DNA of 64,000 nt from Octopus sinensis (taxonomy: Eukaryota): the NCBI RefSeq assembly GCF_006345805.1, contig NC_043002.1:9982001-10046000 (forward strand). The letters are read 5' to 3'. A program made the translations under genes and the position numbers. The stretch's first letter is position 1; the number at the start of each line of letters is the position of its first letter. The notes under the pieces were generated by a model that did no database searches, was not told the origin of the DNA, and was given only the letters and a program-made list of their open reading frames with translations. Positions 51,768 through 64,000 of this stretch are shown here, in pieces.

Positions 51768-52193
51768 CTGTTTCGGCAACCGCGGCTCCTCGGTCGTTCT
51801 GTCCCTGCGTCTGCGGACAATCTGCGGCAAACAGGATGTCTCTTCATGCGGGATTGTTGGGGACTGCTTGTCAAATCCACATATTCCCACGAAACTTCTT
51901 CCATGAATTCTCAATGGCGAATACAATGCCTCGAGGGTGGTAGAAGAAGCCGACTCAACCCGCCCAGGGTGAATGTCGCCACAAGTACAAGTAAGTAAGA
52001 TATGACCAAAGCTATAAATACGTAGGATATACCAGTGTTTCGCTGTTCAACTCTTGTTTTATACTGGACAGATACAAAGCTTTATTTTCCAACTAATGAT
52101 ATCAACACAGGTTTGTTAAATGCAGGAGTTCCTATCAATACTGCGATATTGGGTTTCAATAACTATTTCTCATTGTGAAGGAGAAATCATAAC
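51768..52193 (+). repeat. Inverted duplicate of 54285-54709 (RTE 3' end, TSD and unique flank)
   Basis: About 425-bp arms with few mismatches; 2.1-kb spacer. Confidence 0.93.
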
Positions 52194-52651
52194 CCACCAG
52201 CACTTGACAACTGGTTTGGTGAGTTTATATCATCGTAACTTAGCAAGTCGGCAAAAATAACCGATGGAGTAAGTACTGATGTCGATTAAGGATTCTTCAA
52301 ATTGATACTCCAGCATGATTGCTGTCAAATGAATGAAACAAGTAAAAGATAAAAGATGAGGGCAGCGAATAGACAAAATCGTTAGCATACCGGAAAATTG
52401 CTTCCACTAAGGTTGACTTTGCCGTCCATCCTTTCGGGATTGATACAATAAGTACCAATCGAGCACTGGGAGCCGATTTAATTGACTACCACCTCCACCA
52501 GAATTTCAGGTCTTGTGACTTTAAGAGAAAGGCTTATCTGCTAAGGGCAGTGAATTGGGAAACTCGTTAGCGGTATTTCCCCCGGCTTTATGTTCTGATT
52601 TCAAATACTGCCGAATGTTGCCTTTCATTTATCGGGAGTAGATAAATAGAG

Positions 52652-53063
52652 AATACCAAACGAGTTCCCTATGGATACCGTATTTATTACAACGAGTGGC
52701 TTGTAAACGTATCTAACTCGCTTTCACTCGTTAGATACGTTTACAAGCCACGAGTTGTAATAAATACGGTATCCATAGGGAACTCGTTTGGTATTTTATT
52801 TATTACACACGAATAAACGACCATATTTTATTAACCCCAAAACTAAATTCTTCACGTTTAGTTGTAACTTATGAATGACAAAAGTAGTGCCGTCACCGTG
52901 ACCTCAGATCATCACCATGGATTGACCAATCAGAAGCAGCGCTGTCACCGTGACCTCGGGTCATCACCATGGATTGACCAATCAGAAGCAGCGCTCGCAG
53001 TATCTGACATATGTTAGATACCAAAAATATCTCAATGTGTTCTCACTCACATGTGTGTAATAA
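52652..53063. mobile_element. Palindromic non-autonomous element (144-bp hairpin, 2x52-bp tandem repeat, short inverted repeats)
   Basis: Hairpin 52652-52795; GTCACCGTGACCTC..GACCAATCAGAAGCAGCGCT at 52892 and 52944; TTATTACACAC (52800) / GTGTGTAATAA (53053). Confidence 0.65.
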
Positions 53064-53386
53064 AAATAAGTACTAGTTAGTCACCTGGTGTCGATATAAT
53101 CAACTTCCACCTTCACGGATGATGGCATGTCTTGTGGCAAAAACTAAAAAGAATTATTCATTATCTGCTTATGTTGGCGAGCAGAATGAGAGAATACGCG
53201 TCTTAATACCAAGATTTTAAAACTCTTATGTAGCTGTTGGGGGCTTTTGCCAATTTCACCAATTACAAGAACAATTTCAAATTTCTGTTTCACAATCTCT
53301 TCATCCATCTTGGTATATCCTAGTATTTCTCAATATTTTTTGTTCCCTTGAATCACACTCGATTATCATACAGAATTGTCAATATA

Positions 53387-53792
53387 GGCGCAGGAGTGGC
53401 TCTGTGGTAAGTAGCTTGCTTACCAACCACATGGTTCCGGGTTCATTCCCACTGCGTGGCACCTTGGGCAAGTGTCTTCTACTATAGCCTCGGGCCGACC
53501 AAAGCCTTGTGAGTGGATTTGGTAGACGGAAACTGAAAGAAGCCCGTCGTATATATGTATATATATATATGTGTGCGTGTGTGTTTGTGTGTCTGTGTTT
53601 GTCCCCCTAGCATTGCTTGACAACCGATGCTGGTGTGTTTATGTCCCCGTCACTTAGCGGTTCAGCAAAAGAGACCGATAGAATAGTACCGGACTTACAA
53701 AGAATAAGTCCTGGGGTCGAGTTGCTCGACTAAAGGCGGTGCTCCAGCATGGCCGCAGTCAAATGACTGAAACAAGTAAAAGAGTAAAGAGT
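53387..53792 (+). mobile_element. SINE family A, full length
   Basis: GGCGCAGGAGTGGC head, central (TA/TG)n, AAGTAAAAGAG tail. Confidence 0.92.
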
Positions 53793-54478
53793 ATTCTCTC
53801 CTTGCTGAAACAATATGGTTAGTCTCTCGGGAGAAATCCCATAAAATCCAGTATTTATCATTAATTTTGGCTCGAGCTGATTCTACTCTGACATCGCCTA
53901 AACATCTCTTCATGCAGTTTAAATGCTAGCTTATTGCACTCACTTAAAACACGTTCTATACTTTCCGTTTCCTATGTTACACATTCCTTATTTGCTATCT
54001 ATATTTTATATACAATATTTTATATAACATTTCGTTTATCAAACTCAGTTTCGTAAGCGGCTATAATTAGCGATTCAGTTTCTTGCTAAAATTTCCATCT
54101 CTCAGTCACAAACATATTTCATCATTTTTGATAACCGCGCAATGTTACATCAATTGACCCCGCATGTTCTTCTCTATCCAACATTTCATCTGTCGGTTAG
54201 GGTTAGGGTTCTTACCGTTCTTGATGTTTTCCCGTTCTTAATGTCTTACACTGTTTTAGTTACTTCTTTAATATTTTTACTGCAGTTATGATTTCTCCTT
54301 CACAATGAGAAATAGTTATTGAAACCCAATATCGCAGTATTGATAGGAACTCCTGCATTTAACAAACCTGTGTTGATATCATTAGTTGGAAAATAAAGCT
54401 TTGTATCTGTCCAGTATAAAACAAGAGTTGAACAGCGAAACACTGGTATATCCTACATATTTATAGCTTTGGTCATAT

Positions 54479-54887
54479 CTTACTTACTTGTACATGTGGC
54501 GACATTCACCCTGGGCGGGTTGAGTCGGCTTCTTCTACCACCCTCGAGGCATTGTATTCGCCATTGAGAATTCATGGAAGAAATTTCGTGTGAATATGTG
54601 GATTTCACAAGCGCTCCCCAACAATCCCGCATGAAGAGACATCCTGTTTGCCACAGATTGTCCGCAGACGCAGAGACAATGACCGAGGAGCCGCCGGTTG
54701 CCGAAACAGACAGTCCGAGGATTTTCACCAGAGCCCCGTCTGCCAGGTTGTGGCCCTAATACCACTCGGTGTCAGACCAATCCGCCTTGGGTGGCCTACC
54801 AGGAACCGAAGTTCCCGACGGCATAGCTCTGACACTACCCGTTGCCAGCGTACCCACCACGGTGAGGAGGGGATGGACTTTGGGGAC
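54479..54887 (-). mobile_element. RTE-clade LINE, 5'-truncated, with 13-bp TSD and (TAAG)n tail
   Basis: GCTTTGGTCATAT at 54466-54478 and 54888-54900; CTTACTTACTT tail at 54479-54489. - strand PGRPPKADWSD, GIRATTWQ and CVCGQ..HAGLLGS..H resemble the RTE C-terminus and zinc finger. Confidence 0.82.
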
Positions 54888-55373
54888 GCTTTGGTCATAT
54901 TACCAGTTAGTTTTGTTTCAATCCTCTTCCTAACCATTCTCTTGTACACTTTGCAGGCCTCTTTCACTATTTCACATTTCCATGATATTATTAACCTATA
55001 GCATCTCTGGGCACTTGTATTCTTCATACTCTTTCAGTGATTTATTGCTATCAAGTTTATCTTATCAGAATTATAATCTCAACGTCATTTCATAACTAAT
55101 ATGTCACAATTATTCAATTCAAAACCCATAATTATTAAGTTGTTAAATATCCTTACTCTTTCAGGGAGAGATTCTTTTTTTTTCAATTTTGGATATAGAG
55201 TGTGAGATGGAGAAAAGAGCTTTGATATCGCAAGGTTTCAAGCTCAGTTTCACTACAAGACACTTTCAGCAGCTTCCTTCCTTTATAACTCCGGGCAGAC
55301 TAATGTCTTGGGAGTTAATTTGCTTGACAAAAGGTGTGGAAGCGCATCGTAAATAAATACACACACATACATG

Positions 55374-55420
<47 letters not shown>

Positions 55421-57324
55421 ACACATATATATATACATACACACATATACATATATATATATGTGTGTGTGTGCGTGTTTGTGTCAGAGTAAGTGCATCT
55501 TTGTATCTGTGTATGTCTTGCATCAACGCTTGAGAACCGATGCTGTTTACGTCTCCAAAAGAGACACATAGAACAAGTACCAGGCTTTGAATAAATAAGT
55601 CTTGTGGGTCGATCAGTTCTAAGAAAATGTTTTCAAATGGTACCCAAGTATAAAAACATTCCAATGACTGAAACTAGTAAACGATAAAAGATATTTTTCT
55701 CCCTGTTCTTACAACAAATCATTTCCGTCAACAAAGAACTGGAAGCGCTAGCATTTCAAATCCTGGTGGTAACATCAATCTTTTATTTTTTTACTTGTTT
55801 CAGTCATTAAAGCATGTTCATGCTGAGCAAAGCCTTGGAAAAAATTTAGTCGAAAGAATTGGCTCCAAAATTTATTTTACTAACCCTGGTACACGTTCAA
55901 TTTTTTCTTTAACCCATTCGCTAAGTTACAGGTACGTAATCAAACAAAGATTTGCCATCAAGCGGTTGCGGCGTACAGGCACGGTCACAAATTACGCATT
56001 TCAATTATTCACACACGCACGCACACACTCACACACACACATGTTTAAAAATGTTATGTGATCTTTTAACCCTACAGAGCCTGCAGCTCTTTGACATTAA
56101 ATTTTGGATTTTTCTATGATACACTGCTTGATGCTTTTTGGTGAATTGTTGCTTTTCAGGTCCCATATATGTCTAGCTAGCGGTGTGGTACTCTTCTTAA
56201 TCACAAAACGGAGAGAAGATCGGTTGCTAGCATATCGTTTCTTAAAGTCACTCTCACAGGAAAAGCAATGTGGTTAGAAATTTGCCTCCCAACCACATGA
56301 TTCCAGTTTCAGTTCCACTGCATGGCATCTTCTACTATAGCTGCGGGCTGAACAAAGCCTTGCGAGTGGATTTGGTAGACGTACGTGTGTATCTGCGCAT
56401 ATCTTGTTGTTTCCTACTACCGCTTGATAATCAGTGTTGGTGTGTAGTGTGCTTACGTCCACATAACTTAGGAGTTCATCCTAAGGGATCGACAGAATAA
56501 TACCAAACCTTAAAAAATTAAAGTGCTATGGTAAATTCATTAGACCAAAATTCTTCATGACGGAGCATCAGCAAGGCCGTCGTCTAATGACTGAAACAGT
56601 AGAAGATTATATAAAATATCAATGTACTTTTTCTTTTGAATTTCATTAATTCAGCGCAATGAGGTCACTTCGGCTTATAAACCACAGAACTAATATTACA
56701 TGCGTTGTCAAGTGGATAAGCTCCTGGGTTTCTACAATTACAATTTGGAGAACAGCATGTTGTTATCTACCAGTGAGTATAACTTTCGTGTTAGGGCAGT
56801 AGTTGTATGAAATTTTCACTTAAAAGCATTCCTCCATCCATAGCTATCTGAGTAATGTTTATCGATTTGAGCCAAGAATTTCTACTTATGTTAGTCTTTA
56901 CTTTCAAAGAGAAGTTTTTATGGAAGATTATATGGTTCACCCAACAACTTTTTAATTACACGAACTATATTAATTGCAATTCAAACGGGGCCAAGGGAAG
57001 CAACTCTTAGTTCCTTTACATCCATGTTTAATCATTTTTCTAGTTTCACTTTTTCCATTACCCTTTATCTTCTGCCACTCGTCCATTTTGAACATTGATT
57101 AAACGCTAACGCCAGTAGATATAATAGATTTGAAACGGAGTGGAAACAGAAATAACGAATACAGAACAACCACCTCGGCACCGTCTTTCATTTTAATGCA
57201 ATTGTCATGATCGCCACCCCGGGGATCTTGGAGTATTGTTGTTCGAGTGGTTGATAGACCTGTCATGCCTTTGTGACTGTCTCGTTATCTCCTTCCCCTA
57301 TCTCTTCTGTATACTTTGGGAATA

Positions 57325-57540
57325 GCTGGCAGAAACGTTAGCACGTCGGATGAATTGCGTAGCCGTATTTCCTCTGCCGTTACGTTCTGAGTTCAAAGTC
57401 GACTTTTCCTTTCATCCTTTCGGCGTCGATTAAATAAGTACCAGTTACGCACTGGGGTCGATGTAATCGACTTAATACCCATGTCTGTCCTTGTTTGTCC
57501 TCTCTGTGTTTAGCCCCTTGTGGGTAATAAAGAAATAGGT
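57325..57540 (+). mobile_element. SINE family B
   Basis: GCTGGCAGAAACGTTAGCACG...GTACCAGTTACGCACTGGGGTCGATG...AATAAAGAAATAGG. Confidence 0.85.
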
Positions 57541-57596
57541 ATGTGATAGTGTTTATGATAATCTGCCCACTAAGATAAGAAAATATCTGTATACGG

Positions 57597-57642
<46 letters not shown>

Positions 57643-58340
57643 ACACACACAGACAGACACACACACATACACACACACACACACTTATGTATATAAGATG
57701 CGCTTAGTTACTGTACATGAGTATATGTGTATATATTTATTGCTACTAGGTTAAATGTGTAGCTTTAAGAATGTGTCCATTTGTCAACTTGATATCCATT
57801 GCTGTTACGCCTATTATTGAAGTTGGTGATGTAGGCACCACACCAGATCTGCTGGCCGGAGTCACTTAACACTCTTAGTAATAAAGGTGAAAATACAGGT
57901 GGTGTCCAAGAGCAGCAGTAACAACAGCAACAGAAACATTAACAACGTAAAGATATACACATTGGAATAGAAATATTGCTGAGACACGGAGGACTGGTTT
58001 AAGATCAGGCTAATCACAGGTCCTCTCTTGGGATCTCAAAAAGTTGTAATATCTCAACATTAACCAGCTGAATATCGAAGCTGTTGGAACAACCTGGGTC
58101 ATATCTTAACGGAAGAAGACTGTGCAAATGTTGCTTGGCAGAGAGGACAATGATCCTAAATTATTTGCAAGATTGGTTTTGGAAATGCGGTCTTCTCATT
58201 TCCGGACTAATGAATGCAAAACGCACATAAGCCGAATGAATTTCAACACAGCTGGAATCGTTTAAAGAGAGATAACTTTATCGTTCCCACAATGGACGTT
58301 TTCATCTCGGAGAGTGTTTTTGTTTCAGGTGTTGTTTATA

Positions 58341-58752
58341 GGCGCAGGAGTGGCTGTGTGGTAAGTAGCTTGCTAACCAACCACATGGTTCCGGGTTCAG
58401 TCCCACTGCGTGGCATCTTGGGCAAGTGTCTTCTACTATAGCCCCGGGCCGACCAATGCCTTGTGAGTGGATTTGGTAGACGGAAACTGAAAGAAGCCCG
58501 TCGTATATATGTGTATATATATATATGTATGTGTTTGTGTGTCTGTGTTTGTCTCCCTAGCATTGCTTGACAACCGATGCTGGTGTGTTTACGTCCCCGT
58601 CACTTAGCGGTTCGTCAAAAGAGACCGATAGAATAAATACTGGGCTTACAAAGAATAAGTCCCGGGGTCAATTTGCTCGACTAAAGGCGGTGCTCCATCA
58701 TGGCCGCAGTCAAATGACTGATACAAGTAAAAGAGTAAAAGAGTAAAAGAGT
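58341..58752 (+). mobile_element. SINE family A, full length
   Basis: tRNA-like head with B box GGTTCAGTCCC and (GAGTAAAA)3 tail. Confidence 0.93.
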
Positions 58753-59617
58753 ATACCAGCAAATTAACTAAATCTATATTTTTACCTCTATTAGTAGAGA
58801 GGTTATGTGTACATTAATATCGAACAGCGAAAATGCATACTTAACGCCGCATTAGTGGATAAATATTCTTTATTCGTGGAGTAACCAAACTACAATTGTT
58901 TTCATGCTGGGAGAGATATATAGTATTGTGTTTCTTTTATTCGAGATGGAGACCAACGTCCCAAGGCACAAACTTGAATAACTGTTGAGAGATTCTCTCT
59001 CAACATGAAACCAAAGCTAGTCTGGTTACTGCAAGAATTAAGTACATACATACATACATACATGAAAACGTGTGTATATTTGTGTGTAACATATATAGAA
59101 AATATATAATTCAGCTGTTTCCCTGTAGAAGGAGAAAACATCATGAATAACCTTCACCGAATATCGAATTTTAATCGATTCTGATCAGGGACGTCTACAC
59201 CAAATTGACCAATCCCAGGGGAACAAGCTGCTAAGCTCCCTATATCTTCAGCTATTACAGTAGCTACAGAAAACTGGAGCTAATGATTTCCATATCATAA
59301 TTATTAACACTTTATTTAATATCAAAAGTCTGTCAACAAAGATCACAGATTACACAACGTTCATATTAAACTGATTGTCCCTCATTGTTTTACAACCAGC
59401 TTGAAGATAACATTTATGTGCGCATGTGTATATATGCATATGATTTTTGTGTTTATTTTTTCTACTTCACTAGTAAATCTAATTGCCTTTTTGACGTACA
59501 CATTTTTATATACACCAGCAACGGCTTTCTCACTGCTGATGCCTTCCCTGTATATTGCAAAAATATAATTATTTTTCTCCCAAATAAAATGGTACTTCAT
59601 ATCTGAGGCTGAGATAC

Positions 59618-60028
59618 TCTTTTTTCTCTTTTACTTGTTTCAGTCATTTGACTGCGGCCATGCTGGAGCACTGCCTTTAGTCGAGCAAATCGACCCCGGG
59701 ACTTATTCTTTGTAAGCCCAGTACTTATTCTATCGGTCTCTTTTGCCGAACCGCTAAGTGACGGGGACGTAAACACACCAGCATCGGTTGTCAAGCAATG
59801 CTAGGGGGACAAACACAGACCCACAAACATATACACACACACATACATATATATACATATATATACGACAGGCTTCTTTCAGTTTCCGTCTACCAAATCC
59901 GCTCACAAGGCATTGGTCGGCCCGGGGCTATAGGAGAAGACACTTGCCCAAGATGCTACGCAGTGGGACTGAACCCGGAACCATGTGGTTGGTTAGCAAA
60001 CTACTTACCACACAGCCACTCCTGCGCC
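59618..60028 (-). mobile_element. SINE family A, full length
   Basis: Reverse complement of 58341-58752 at high identity, 0.9 kb away. Confidence 0.93.
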
Positions 60029-60808
60029 TATGAGATGTTGCTATAGGATATTATTCAGGCACTCAACGAAGAGTCCATTGCATTTTATAGCAGAAAAAGC
60101 CTTAAACTAATGAAGTTCATAACATAAGCATTGTTTTTTCCTTTGTCATCTCATGGTCAGCCTATTTCTCTTTCTCTCTTTTTACACCGGTCGTTGAGGT
60201 GTCCGGTCGTAAATTCTCTAGTCCCAACTCCAGCCTGTCTCACTGTCCGTTACCCTTCTGCTTACAATCTTTAAGATTTCCCTCTAAGCGTTACCCATGC
60301 TTCGTTTCCATCTGGCCTCAGGGATGCAGTCTGTTTGTGTTTTATTCATTTCATTTTTTGTCCCTCGTCCATCATCTTGAATTACATCTATTAATTTTCG
60401 TATGTCCAGTTTGGTGTCGCTTGTTATCCCTGTATTGCTTGTTTCTTCCCGGTCCAGTTTTCTCTACAAATCTTGCTGGATTAAATCTCCAGCTGGGATT
60501 TAATCTTATCGTTAAAGACACGAAAACGCGACATACCTTCTCCCTCTTGTCGATAAATGATGAGGAATAGGAGACCTTCTGTGTCTGGTTTACGTTCGTC
60601 AGTGCATTTATATATGTTTTTTAACTTGCCATTCTATCTGTTTTTCGCTTGAGCACTTACCAAACATTTTCACTCATATATATATATATATTATATATAT
60701 ATATGTATATATATATTATATATTATATATATATAATATATATATATATATATAATATATATATATTATTAGTGAATGGAAGAAATGGAGTTGAACGAAG
60801 ATTGTACA

Positions 60809-60918
60809 GAATTCCTTTTATTACATTCTACACATGTTTCAAAGGCCACAAATTTCCAAATTCTGATTAAATAAGGGTACCATATTGTGGCTTTCTCTTC
60901 AGGAAAAAACAGGAATTC
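60809..60918 (-). ncRNA. Type I hammerhead ribozyme (mirror copy)
   Basis: Reverse complement of 61005-61114. Confidence 0.8.
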
Positions 60919-61004
60919 CGTTGACAGAACAAAACAAAACAGAACAGAGGCGCAGCAACGCAATTCGTTCTGTTTTGTTTTGTTTTTGTTTTGTTCTGTC
61001 AACG

Positions 61005-61114
61005 GAATTCCTGTTTTTTCCTGAAGAGAAAGCCACAATATGGTACCCTTATTTAATCAGAATTTGGAAATTTGTGGCCTTTGAAACATGTGTAGAATGT
61101 AATAAAAGGAATTC
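61005..61114 (+). ncRNA. Type I hammerhead ribozyme, intact core
   Basis: CTGAAGA 61021-61027; stem II AAAGCCACAA/TTGTGG(C)CTTT; GAAAC-ATGT-GTA 61083-61094 with palindromic ACATGT; stem I TTC/GAA plus GAATTCCT/AGGAATTC. Confidence 0.82.
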
Positions 61115-61305
61115 TGTACAATCTTCGTTCAACTCCATTTCTTCCATTCACTAATAATATTAAACTTCAATTATCCGCACCAACGCACGGTTGCAACACC
61201 AAATGGTCTTATCTCCAACCGTGGTTTTTCTGCTGTGATTTTTGCTACCCAGGTATCGGTTAAACTTTTGAATAATCTGTAACAAGAAAATTCATCTTTC
61301 TATTT

Positions 61306-61403
<98 letters not shown>

Positions 61404-61419
61404 ATACGAATTTTTATGA

Positions 61420-61560
61420 CTTAATTTTCCCTCTCACACTGTCTCCGATGAAGGGATATTATTAATTAATAATGGATAGACAGCTGTTAGACCTTCTATA
61501 TATAAATGCTCTAATATCTATACAGACTTGGTCTTTTACCTCATTACGCAAAAAATTCAT
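61420..61560 (+). mobile_element. PLE pseudo-LTR, third copy of the 3040-3367 family
   Basis: CTCTCACACTGTCTCCGATGAAGGGATATT..CAGCTGTTAGACC..ATTACGCAAAAAATTC. Confidence 0.8.
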
Positions 61561-61716
61561 ATATATACACACGCTGACATAGAACCAAAGTTGAACCCTT
61601 TATTTGCAATATTACCGAATCTGGAACTTAACTATGGTCTATCTATAGCACATATTCAGCATTACCTGACACATTTGGGTCTCAATGACACCATTATCTC
61701 TTATAACCTCCTCAAC

Positions 61717-61792
<76 letters not shown>

Positions 61793-62301
61793 GTATATAA
61801 ATTAGTGTATGTGTGAGTTTGTGTGTCTATGTGTGTGCTTGCGTGGGTGCGTGCGTGTGTGTGTGTGTTTAGTTATGTCTGTATTCTTTCCTTCTTGCAG
61901 TATCTATGATATTCTATCTACCCATTTGATGTCTTGTATCCTGAAGTGATGTTCTTTCAAATTAACCATTTCATCAAATTTCTGCTACAAAACATAATTT
62001 CATGGCAACATCTGACACATAAATACAAACAGAAGCAATATGTTGATGTCAATATATGGTACAAACTCTAAATACTCCATTATATTTCGTTGACCATTAA
62101 TTTAATATTGTCAAAATAATGTAACAGTATCTGTTGCTTCCATTCAGCATCGATTGAAATCCGGATAGTAAAACTTGAGGATATTCGAGATAATATGGGC
62201 TGGGAAACAAACTGTAAAATATATAAACGTAGAAAAGCGTTTTTCCTTTATGTTTGTGAAGGAAAGAGAGGATTCAATGTGTAATAATAATAATAATAAT
62301 A

Positions 62302-62346
<45 letters not shown>

Positions 62347-62372
62347 TAATAATAATAATAATAATAATAATA

Positions 62373-62882
62373 AAACTGATTGGAAGTGTTATCATGTACA
62401 TTGCTTTGTCTTCGTATAAAAGATGGGCTACAGTAAATATTCTGCTTAATACCACAAATTTGCTTGTCAGCTGTTTGACCTTAACCAGTTGAGCATGTCC
62501 CTTAGTGGCTAACGATATGTGCATCACTGATCACGAGCAGAAGTAGTGGGGGAGCATCATAGCCATGTGTTGAGAGGGATTCTTTAGGGTTTGGATAATA
62601 TACCTCTGGAAACATAGCTGTTTTGTTCAACATCCTTAAACAACCCTTATTCAGGGACCTTTTGAGCGGGATCGGTTACTCGACCAGAAGAAAATTCTAA
62701 CTGGGCCCCACCTGCAAGGTCCTGTGCTGTTTATCTTGATATGAGATCACCATGTCACGCACATACGGTTGTGATGCATGTGCCTGGTGTACCCTTATCA
62801 GACGGGTAGTCATGATGGGTATACTGGGCTTCGTATATTTTACCCCAGTGTCATTTTGATGGCATGCACTGCTCTCTCACTC
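62373..62882 (+). mobile_element. Non-coding 3' end of a retroelement embedded in (AAT)n (probably an R4/Dong 3' UTR)
   Basis: Flanked on both sides by (AAT)n; ends GCACTGCTCTCTCACTC-(AAT)n. No coding part is present to confirm the clade. Confidence 0.65.
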
Positions 62883-62932
62883 AATAATAATAATAATGAT
62901 AATAATAATAATAATAATAATAATACTAATAC

Positions 62933-62980
<48 letters not shown>

Positions 62981-63369
62981 GCAGTTGAGCAGTTCTTTTG
63001 ATGGATGACGATATGTGCATCTCTGATCACAAGCAGAAGTTGTTGGGGAACAGTATAGCCATGTGCTGAGAAGAATGTTTCAGCGTTTGGATAATACACA
63101 TCAAGAAACATGGTTGTTGCGTTCAACATGCTCAAACAACCCTTATTCAGGGACCTTTTGAGTGGGATGGGATACTCGATCTGGAGAAAATTCTAACTGG
63201 GCCCCACCTGCAAGGCCATGCGCTGTTTATCTTGATATGAGATCACCATGTCACGCACATACGGTTGAGATGCATGTGCTTGGTGTACCCTTATCAGACG
63301 GGTAGTCATGATAGGCTTCGTATATTTTACCTCAGTGTCAATGTGATGGCATGCACTGCTCTCTCACTC
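62981..63369 (+). mobile_element. Second, shorter copy of the same (AAT)n-embedded 3' end
   Basis: Aligns with about 62490-62882 and has the same 3' terminus. Confidence 0.65.
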
Positions 63370-63589
63370 AACAATAATAATAATAATGATGATAATAATG
63401 ATGATGATAATAATGATAATGATGATAATGAAAATGATAATAATGATAATGATAATGATGATAATGATAATAATGATAATGATAATAATGATAATGATAA
63501 TGATGATAATGATAATGATAATAATGATACTGATAATGATGATAATAATAATGATGATAATTATAATGATAATAATGATAATAATGATA

Positions 63590-63634
<45 letters not shown>

Positions 63635-63823
63635 GTGATGGTGGTGATGGTGGTGATGATGATGATGGTGATGATGATGATGGTGATGATGATGATGATG
63701 GTGATGATGGTGATGATGGTGATGATGATGATGATGGTGATGATGGTGATGATGATGATGATGGTGATGATGGTGATGATGGTGATGATGATGATGATGG
63801 TGATGATGGTGATGATGATGGTG

Positions 63824-63908
<85 letters not shown>

Positions 63909-63925
63909 AATAGTGATGATAATAA
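63370..63925. repeat. Compound (AAT)/(GAT)/(GGT) trinucleotide tract
   Basis: Graded AAT to GAT to GGT-GAT higher-order array; source of the poly-N/D/H/M ORFs. Confidence 0.97.
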
Positions 63926-64000
63926 CGATTTCATTTATTTGTCACCCAGGTGAAAAATGACGGGGACAATACGAAGACAGACATAAAGTTTTGGCGTTTA

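Larger units (their letters stand above)
60763..61160. repeat. 398-bp fold-back of a PLE pseudo-LTR
   Basis: 60763-60945 is the reverse complement of about 60966-61160; short GC-rich spacer. Confidence 0.95.

Noticed and set aside
51991-51996. GTAAGT splice donor at a GC-rich to AT-rich transition
   Set aside because: It is the (TAAG)n tail of an RTE element, directly followed by the 13-bp TSD.
53387-53470. tRNA-like A and B boxes at SINE heads
   Set aside because: No cloverleaf or acceptor stem, and each continues into a SINE body, so these are not tRNA genes.
54195-54212. GGTTAGGGTTAGGGTT telomere-like repeat
   Set aside because: Only about 2.5 units and interstitial; too short to call a telomeric remnant.
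54574-55001. + strand ORFs including a hydrophobic, TM-like C-terminus
   Set aside because: Antisense of the RTE fragment running across its TSD into flank.

Overview
Eukaryotic, AT-rich DNA saturated with repeats and apparently intronic or intergenic. The tRNA-derived SINE families and the extreme (TA)n/(CA)n/(TACA)n/(AAT)n density resemble Octopus genomes; that assignment is inference from memory, not a database hit. I found no supportable host protein-coding gene, tRNA or rRNA, and most ORF-track entries are microsatellite translations. The window is a stack of decayed mobile elements: several Penelope-like elements (PLE; RT and GIY-YIG fragments, many pseudo-LTRs with hammerhead ribozyme cores), R4/Dong-type non-LTR elements in (TAA)n tracts, CR1/L2 and RTE 3' fragments, a Helitron with its CTAG terminus, a Tc1 fossil, a solo LTR and three SINE families. 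A direct duplication (about 10.1-23.3 kb vs 29.4-45.5 kb) gives paired empty and filled sites for several insertions and deletions. The most notable observations are long fold-back elements carrying mirror-image hammerhead ribozymes (best case 60763-61160), recurrent non-canonical hammerhead cores, and unidentified protein-like fossils (notably a 210-bp-period repeat at 26.3-26.7 kb). All coordinates were read by eye; degenerate boundaries may be off by tens of bp.
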